Shown: positions 55,512 through 64,000 of the stretch, piece after piece
Layout of the letters: each line of letters opens with the position of its first letter
Position numbering within the stretch: position 1 is the stretch's first letter
Assembly (NCBI RefSeq): GCF_009914755.1
Contig: NC_060947.1
DNA from: the human T2T-CHM13v2.0 reference genome, Homo sapiens
Direction: 5' to 3' (one strand)
DNA: 64,000 nucleotides
Notes under the pieces: model-generated
What the model was told of the DNA's origin: nothing
The model's database searches: none
What the model saw: only the letters and a program-made list of their open reading frames with translations
Position numbers and translations under genes: made by a program

Positions 55512-55880
55512 TCTTTTTTTTTTTGTAAGACAGGGTCTCACTCGGTTGCCCAAGCTGGATTGCAGTGGCACAATCACAGCTCACTGCAGCCTCGACCTCC
55601 CAGGCTTAAGCAGTCTTCTTAGCTCAGCCTCTCCTGTAGGTGGGACCACAGGCACACACCACCACCCCTGGCTAATTTTTATTTTGTTTACTTTCTGTAG
55701 ACATGAGGTCTTGCTATGTTGCCCAAGCTGGTCTCAAACTCCTGGTTTCCTTGTCTATAAAATGAGGCTTATGACAATAAATGACTTTATACAGTTGTTA
55801 TGAGAAGTAAAGCAGTCCTCTTGTCTTGGCCTCCCAAAGTGCTGGGATTATAGGCAAGGCATGAGTCACCTGCTCAGCCA
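55512..55880 (-). mobile_element. AluJ-like element with a 68-bp foreign insert
   Basis: Reverse Alu consensus interrupted between ctcctgg and aagcagtcctc. Confidence 0.92.
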
Positions 55881-57121
55881 ATACTATACATTCTTTACCC
55901 ATTTTCTCCCAATGGTAGCATCTTGCAAAATTACAGTTCAATATTACAACCAAGATATTGACATTGGTGTGGTCAAGACACAGAACATTTCCATCACCAC
56001 AAGGATCTCTCATGTTGCCCAACTTTTATAGTCATAACTACTTCTCTCTCCCACATACTATCTTCTTAACCCCTGACAACCACCAGTCTGTTCTCCATTT
56101 CTATAATTTTGTCATTTCAAGAATGTTATATAAATGGAATCATACAGCATGTAACCTTTCAGGCTTGGCTTTTCACTCAGCATAATTCTCTGGAAATTCA
56201 TCGATGTTGTTGCATGTGTTGACACTTTGATCTTCATTATACTTAATTAGTATTTCAAGGTACAAATATACCACAATTTAACTACTCACCCATTGAAGGA
56301 CATCTGGGTTGTTCGTACTTTTTGGCTATTATAAATAAAAAGCTATAAACATTCATGTATGAAGTCTTCATTTCTTTGGGATCAATGTGCAAGAGTTCTT
56401 AGGCATTTTAAGAAACAGCCAAACTTTCTCCCCATGGCTATACCATTTTACATTCCCATCAGAAATGTATGAGTGATCTAGTTTCTCTGAATCCTGGCCA
56501 GAATTTGGTGCTGTCATTATTTTTTGTTTTAGCCATTCTGAAAGGTGATATCTCATTGTGACTTTAATTTTCATTTCCTTAATGGTTCATGATATTGACC
56601 ATCTTTTAAAACACTTATTTGCCGCCTGCATATACTTTACATGAAATGTCTGTTCATGTCTTTTTTCAATTTTCTAATTGAATTATTTATTTTTTTTACC
56701 GTTGAATTTGAGAGTTCTTTATATATCCTAGATACTAATTCTTTGTTGGATATGTGGTTTACAAATGTTTTCTCCCATTCTGTTTATCCTCCTAACACGG
56801 TCTTTCCCAGAATAAAAATGTAATTTTGATAAAGTCTAATTTATCAATTTTTTTCTTTTATGGACTGTGTTTTTGGTGTCAAGTTTAAGAATTATTTGTC
56901 TAACCTTAGGTCCTGAAAATTTTCTTCTATTTTTTTCTCTAAAAGTTTTATAATTTTATATTTTAAATGTAAGTCCATGATCCATTTTGAGTATATTTTT
57001 ACAGGAGTAAGGTTTAGATTGAGGTTCATTAATTTTACCCATGGATGTCCAATTTCTCCAGTATCACTGAAAAGGTCAGATGCCCTCCACTGAATTGTTT
57101 TTGCACATTTGAAAAATTAAT

Positions 57122-57380
57122 TTTGGGAGGCCGAGGCGGTTGGACCAGCTGAGGTCAGGAGTTTGAGACCAGCCTGGCCAACATGGTGAAACCCCGACTC
57201 TACTAAAAATACAAAAATTAGCCAGGTGTAGTGGCGTGTGCCTGCAATCCCAGCTACCCAGGAGGCTGGGGCAGGAGAATTGCTGGAACCAGCAATGAGC
57301 CCAGATAGCGACACTGCACTCCAGCCTGGGTGACAGAGCGAGACTATGTACCAAAAAAAAAAAAAAAAAAAAAAAAAAAG
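57122..57380 (+). mobile_element. 5'-truncated Alu with a short internal deletion
   Basis: Starts tttgggaggccgaggc; long poly-A. Confidence 0.93.
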
Positions 57381-58052
57381 TCAGTTGGGTGCATTTATGT
57401 GGGTAGTTTTCTCTGTTCTCTATTCTGTTCCATTGATCTGTATCTGTCCACAAGCACCACACAGTCTTGATTACTGTAGCTATATAGCAAAATTTAATAT
57501 TGTGTAGACTGATTCTTCCCACTTTATTTTTATTTTTTTTTTGAGATTGATTTAGCTCTTATAGGACTTGTGCCTTTCTACATAAATGTTAGGATAATCT
57601 TGCCTTTATTTCAGAAATACCTTGCTAAAATTTTGATAGAGATTGCATTGAATCTAAAGATTGATGTCATGAGTACCGACATATTTACTATATTGTGATT
57701 TCTACATGAACATAATGTGTTACTCCATTCATTTAGGTTTTATTTGATTTCTTTCATTAGTGTTTTGTGATTTTCAGTATACAGCTCCTGTACACATTTC
57801 AGTAAATTTATATTTAATTATTTCATTTTATTTGGATTACTTCAAATGGTATTGTCTTTTGAATTTCAGTGTCCGTGTGTTCATTTCTAATATAGATAAA
57901 TACAATTGATTTTTGTATGCTTATCATGTATCCTGCAACCTTAATGGACTCACTTATTAGTTCTAGGAGCTTTTTTGTTTCTTTATTCCTTTTGTAGATT
58001 TCTTGGGATTTTCTATGCAGGTGATGTCATCTGCAAATAAGGACATTTTCAC

Positions 58053-58126
58053 TTTTCTGATCTGTAAGCCTTTTATTTCATCTTCCCTCATTTTTCTGAT
58101 CTGTAAGCCTTTTATTTCTTCTTCCC
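58053..58126. repeat. Tandem duplication, period 39 bp
   Basis: ttttctgatctgtaagccttttatttc(a/t)tcttccc twice. Confidence 0.93.
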
Positions 58127-58272
58127 ACCTTATTTCATTGGCTAAAACTAACAACATTATGTTGAATAAGAGTGTATATCCTTGCCTTGTTTCTGATCTT
58201 AGGGGAAAAGCAATTCAGTTTTTCACAGGTACATACAATGTTAGCTGTAGGTGCTTTGTGAATTCTCTATCA

Positions 58273-58617
<345 letters not shown>

Positions 58618-59259
58618 CTATTTCTGAGAGGTTTTTTTTTTTTTTAAATCATGGATGATGTTTAAGTTTTTCAAATTCTTTTTCTGCATTGTTTGACAAA
58701 ATTATGTGATTTTTAATCTGTAGCCTGTGAATATGGTAGATTACATTGATTGATTTTCAAATACTGAACCACCCTTGTAGCCCTGGAATAAACCCTACTT
58801 TGCCATGCTGTGTAATTCTTTCAATATATTCCTGAATTTGGCTTACTAATAGTTTGTTAAGGATTTTTACGTCTGTATTCATGAAGAATACTGGTCTGCA
58901 CTTTTCACTTTGGGCTGCTTTTATCTCATTTTTAGTATTTGTGTAATATTAGTCTCATAGAATCAATTGGAACTTGTTCTCTCCTCTTCTATTTCCTGGA
59001 AGAGATTTTATAGAATTTGTGGTAATTCTTCTTTATAAGTTTGGTAGTATTCTCCAGTGAAACCATCTCGCCCCAGAGATTTGATTTTGGGAGATTTTAA
59101 ATGATGAATTCAACTTTCTTAATAGTTATATGGCTATTCAAATTATCCATTTAAACTTGGATGAATTGTGGTAGTTTATATTTCTCGAGGAAGTGGTTCA
59201 TTTCATGTATGTTGTCAAATTTATGTAGGTAGAATTGTTCATAGTAGTCCCTTAGTATC

Positions 59260-59674
59260 TGTGTTAAGTCATTCTTGTATTGCTATAAATAAATAGCTCA
59301 GACTGGTAATTTATAAAGGAAAGAAGTTTAATTGACTCATCGTACTGCAAACTTTACAGAAAGCATGGTGCTGGCATCTGCTTTGCCTCTGGGGAGGCCT
59401 TAGTGAGCTTTTACTCATGGACAAAGGCAAAATGGGGGACAGGCATGTCACATGGTGAAAGCAGGTACAAGCAAAGGGCTGGGGCAGGGGGAGGTGCCAC
59501 ACACTTTAAAATGGTCAGATCTCCTAAGAACTCACCATCATGAGGACAGCACTAAGTCATTCATGAGGGTTCTGCCCCCATGACCCAATCACCTCCCACC
59601 AGGCCCCACCTCCAACACTGGGGATTACATTTCAACACAAGATTTGAGTGGGGACAAATATACAAACTATATCA
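59260..59674 (-). mobile_element. MaLR solo LTR (MSTA/MSTB-like)
   Basis: attgctataaa.aaata...ctggtaatttataaaggaaaga...cacctcccaccaggccccacctccaacactgggg...aaactatatca. Confidence 0.88.
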
Positions 59675-60076
59675 TTATTGATAGTTTGTACTGATAGCCT
59701 CTGTTTCATTTCTCATATTGGTACTGTACGTCTTTTTTTCTCTGTCAGTCTTGCTAAAGGACTGTCAATTTTATTGATATTTTTCAAAGATTCAGTTACT
59801 TGTTTCTTTGTTTTCTGTTTTCAATTTCATTGATTTCTCTTCTTATCTTTAGTATTTCTTCCTCCGTCTTGATTTTAGTTTATTTTGTTCTTATTTCTCT
59901 AAACTTTTAAGGTGGGAACTTAGATTAATTCATTTGAGACTTTGCTTCTTTTCTAATGTATATATTTGCAACTATAAATTTCCTCCTCAGCACTACTTTA
60001 GCTGCTTCCCATAAATTTTGATATGTTGTATTTTCATTTTCATTCAGTTCAATGTGTTTTTAAAATTTTTATACTT

Positions 60077-60420
<344 letters not shown>

Positions 60421-61361
60421 TCAAGTCTTTGGAGATTTTCCTATTACTTTTCTGTTACTGAATTCTCGTTTTATTCCATTGTGGTTGGAGGGCATGCTCT
60501 ATATGATTCAAATTTTTAATAATTTTTTGAGGTTTGTTTAATGACCCACGATGTAGTCTATCTTGGTATGCATTGTGTGTTTAAAAAGAATGTGTATTTT
60601 GCTCTTGTTGGATCCTATTCTTTGATTATTTTGCTGAGTCCTGATACCCTTGTGGATTTTCCATCTAGTTGTTATATCAATTATTGAGAGAGGGATGTTG
60701 AAGTACTTAACTATAGTTATGGATTTGTCTAATCCTCCTTTCAGTTATATCGGTTTTTGTTTCACACATTTTGCAGTACTTTGGTCCATATGCATTTAGA
60801 ATTGCTATGTGTTCTTGGTGAATTGATACTTTTATCACTATATAATCTTCCTCTTTATCCCTAGAACTTTTCTTTGCAATGTAGTCTACTTTATCTTATA
60901 TTAAAATAGTCACTCTTGCTTTCTTTTGATTGTTTTCCCATAGTTTTGCTTATTGTGTTCTTTCTTCCTTCCTGATGTTTCGAGGTTTCAGGCAGGGGAG
61001 GGGGGTGTTATTGCCTCATTATTGCCAAATGGATGTAGAAGTCCAGGTTCCCTACTCACCTTCCAGTGATATCTGAGGGAGGTAGTCTCCTTGTTACTGA
61101 TGGGCAGGGGTGGGAGTTCCAGCTCCCCAGTAGTCTCCAATGACACTTTGCAGGAGTGGTTTTTTATTTCTGGGTGATAAATACAGTCGTGAATCTCCTG
61201 GAGGTCTCCTCTGATACCACTTTAGTGGGTAGGAGCACCTTCATAACTGTTAACTGTCAGAGACAAACAGAAGTCCAGGCTCCCCAGATGGCCTTTCCTG
61301 TTACAGTGGGATAGGAGTGGGTTGGATCATTGTGGCCAGTGGGGATGAAAGTTCCAGCTTC

Positions 61362-61500
61362 AGCCTGGGCATGGCAGCTCACACCTGTAATCCTAGCACT
61401 TTGGGAGGCCGAGGCAGGAGGATCACTTGAGCTCAGGAGTTTGAGACCAACCTGGACAACATAGTGAGACCTCATCTCTATAAAAATAAAATTTTAAAAA
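61362..61500 (+). mobile_element. Alu monomer (FLAM-like)
   Basis: Single arm plus A-tail; 13-bp TSD aaagttccagctt (61348-61360 / 61500-61512). Confidence 0.9.
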
Positions 61501-62994
61501 AAGTTCCAGCTTGGTACTTTGCCTTCTCTGATATGATCTTGGTGGAGACCCCTGGCAGAAGTGTTGATGTGCCTCATTAAAGCTTCATGAAGGTAGAAAT
61601 CTATGCTCCCTACTTGGTTGGGAGTGGGTAGGAGTAGGACCACAATTTGTGTGTGTGTCTGGTGTCTGGCTAGAGTAGAGAGCTTAGCTATTGTCTACAA
61701 GTTTTCCTTGTTACTAGGCTTCCTAGTCCTTTGGCTAAAGAGCGTACGCTTTTGTTGGGGCTTTTATTTTGTCTGTACCCATTGGTGTTTCTGAGTTACC
61801 AGTTTTTTTCAACTCCAAGTACGAGATATATGAGGCAAAACCAAAATCTCCGAGTATGAGATATGAGGCAAAAACAAAATCCAAAAAACTTGAGGAATGT
61901 CACGCCTCAAGTTCTGATGTCCCTAGACAATCTGCCTTCTCTGCAGCTTTCAGCCTTCTTAGGATTTTTTAAATATATAATATCCAGGGTTTTTAGTTGT
62001 ACTTAGTGGGAGGAATAGGAAAAAGCACATCTAATCCATCCTTCTGGAAGTGGAAGTTTCCCGATTTGTCTTAAATTTTAAGATGCTCATGGTTAAAGGG
62101 ACATATATAACCTAATTTCTTCATATGATTTCATCTTCTGCTAGTCTTTTACATTTTTTCCCATTACACATTGAACCCCCAACCACAAAAGAACACTGAG
62201 ATCCGATAACCACCTCCAAGTCATTTTTTCTCCATTGAGACAGTAAAACTTGTTTCCTAAAAAGGTATAGTACAGTTTTTTTTTTTTTTTGATGGTGGGA
62301 AAAGAAGAGTGTGTGTAGCAAAGAATGAAGAAAAGGTACTAGGTAAGGTCCAATCAATCAATCCATCAATCAATCATAGCTAACAGACTTGCAGATCCAG
62401 GCTAAGAGCACAATTTTTTCTCTAACAACTGATTCATCATACACCTTAGTTTTCTAGCACATTGCCCTAATTCAGTACCATCTGCCACTATTAGATTAAT
62501 ATACAATTATGATTTTGAGTACCAAAGTCATAATATGCAGAGCTTAAAGCTTTTGTTGTTGGTAACATCCTAAAAGTACATCTATAGAGTAATTTCATAA
62601 TTAACAAAAAAGTACAATTTAATGAAAGATGTTTAGTGGATTTATAAAAGGTTGAAATTTCAGTAACTATTAAATTTTAAACTAGTTTGCTTAGTCATTT
62701 GGGGTGATCTCATGCAAATTAATATTTCTCAGAATTATTAATTATCAGACACAATAGGAAGATAATGATTGCTTGACAGAAAGAAAAATGAGGAGTAGGA
62801 GGAATAAGTAATGCTAGCAATGACAACTGTCATTTACCCAGCCTTATTTTATATTAAAAGCATTGGGCTACATACTTTATGAATTTGTATTTATTTTAGG
62901 GTCTCAGGTACATTAAATTGGACCAGTCATGACACTTGGTTCATGACACACTCTCAGCAGTGGTCCGCTAGTTATTTAGCCAGTTATTTTAAGT

Positions 62995-64000
62995 AATGTA
63001 ATAAGCACCTGTAAACCTACAACCCAAAATAAAAGCTAAGATCTTGATAATAATCTACATCTAAATATAAGAGTTATTCATCCCCATCCTACCTCCCTCC
63101 CTCCTCCTAGCCAAGGTAACCATCTCCTAAATCCTGTGTTCATTATCCACTTGCTTTTCTTTTTATATAGTTTTATTATACCTATATGTAATCTCAAAAT
63201 TATATGTTTTAATTTTATATTTAACTTCATAAAAATATAACATGCTCTATGTAATCTTTTAGGCCTTCCTTTTTCACCTAATTTTATATTGCTAAGATTA
63301 ATCCATATTTTGTGTGTGGTTGTAGTTCATTTGTTCTGAATGCTGTATAATATGCCACTGCATGACTATACCACATTTTATTAATCTATTAATAATGCTG
63401 ATGAGAATTTAGGTTGTTTCTAGATTTTTGTATTGTGAATTGTGCTGCTTTAAATATGCTTGCATGTGTCTCCTGTTATCCATGAATGAATCAAAGATTC
63501 TCTTGAGTATTTACCTAGGAGTACAATTTTGGGGTCACAGGGTATATGTATGTTCAACTTTCAGAGAAAATGCCAAAATTGCTTGCAGCAATTTGTATAT
63601 ATTCCTACAAATAACACATAAGAAATCATGTGCTTCTACATTTCTGGGCTTTTTATTATTCTCAAGAATTTCATATGTCTAACACTTTCCTTTCTTAGCA
63701 TGGGTTCCTCATCTGAACCACAGAACATAGACAATTATTTGAGTGTCTATCTATATTCTCAATTCTCTAAAAGATAGTATATATCTAGTATTATTCTAAT
63801 TACATAAGAAAGAAATCAATTATTTATATGCAATAGATGTCTTAAGGCATTAGTACTTTGTTCTTTCCAGGAACCCCAATTTAGAAGGACTGCTTGGTAT
63901 TGTCACTTTTTATTTTTTGTCAACCAACTGGGTATAAAAGATATCTTATGTGATTTGATTTGCATTTTCCTGATTCATAATGATGTTTTATCTCTGAACA
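62995..64000 (-). mobile_element. Old L1 (L1ME-like) 3' fragments
   Basis: tgtagttcatttgtt...tataccacattttatt...atttacctaggagt...tttgcattttcctgatt. Confidence 0.7.

Noticed and set aside
61818-61882. Short tandem duplications here and near 11187-11225 and 25655-25682
   Set aside because: Two-copy slippage events, not arrays; no spacer structure or functional evidence.

Overview
AT-rich, repeat-dense primate (most likely human) genomic DNA inside the 5' half of ENOX2 (tNOX/COVA1, Xq26), transcribed on the minus strand. Two coding exons are readable with canonical splice sites. The alternative exon 7015-7103 encodes MQRDFRWLWVYEIGYA (long isoform N-terminus). Exon 892-1026 encodes ADNSRTLNVDSTAMTLPMSDPTAWATAMNNLGMAPLGIAGQPILP, including the short-isoform Met. 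The rest is intron filled with Alu, L1, L2/MIR, CR1/L3, solo LTRs and DNA-transposon fossils. Repeat subfamily names are recalled from consensus sequences, not from a database search. No prokaryotic-type system, tRNA, rRNA or CRISPR array is seen, and nearly all ORF-track entries are spurious. Signals these features do not explain: (i) a degenerate 33-nt/11-codon tandem repeat behind a good minus-strand splice acceptor that looks like a decayed coding exon (54029-54559); (ii) a diverged ~260-bp local duplication with a 42/43-identical core (18690-20070); (iii) several short locally templated insertions, including a MIR piece copied into a younger Alu; (iv) an out-of-frame uORF overlapping the long-isoform ATG, plus an Alu inserted at that exon's branch-point distance; (v) a ~2.9-kb CT-rich tract. 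These are hypotheses, not an established new system.
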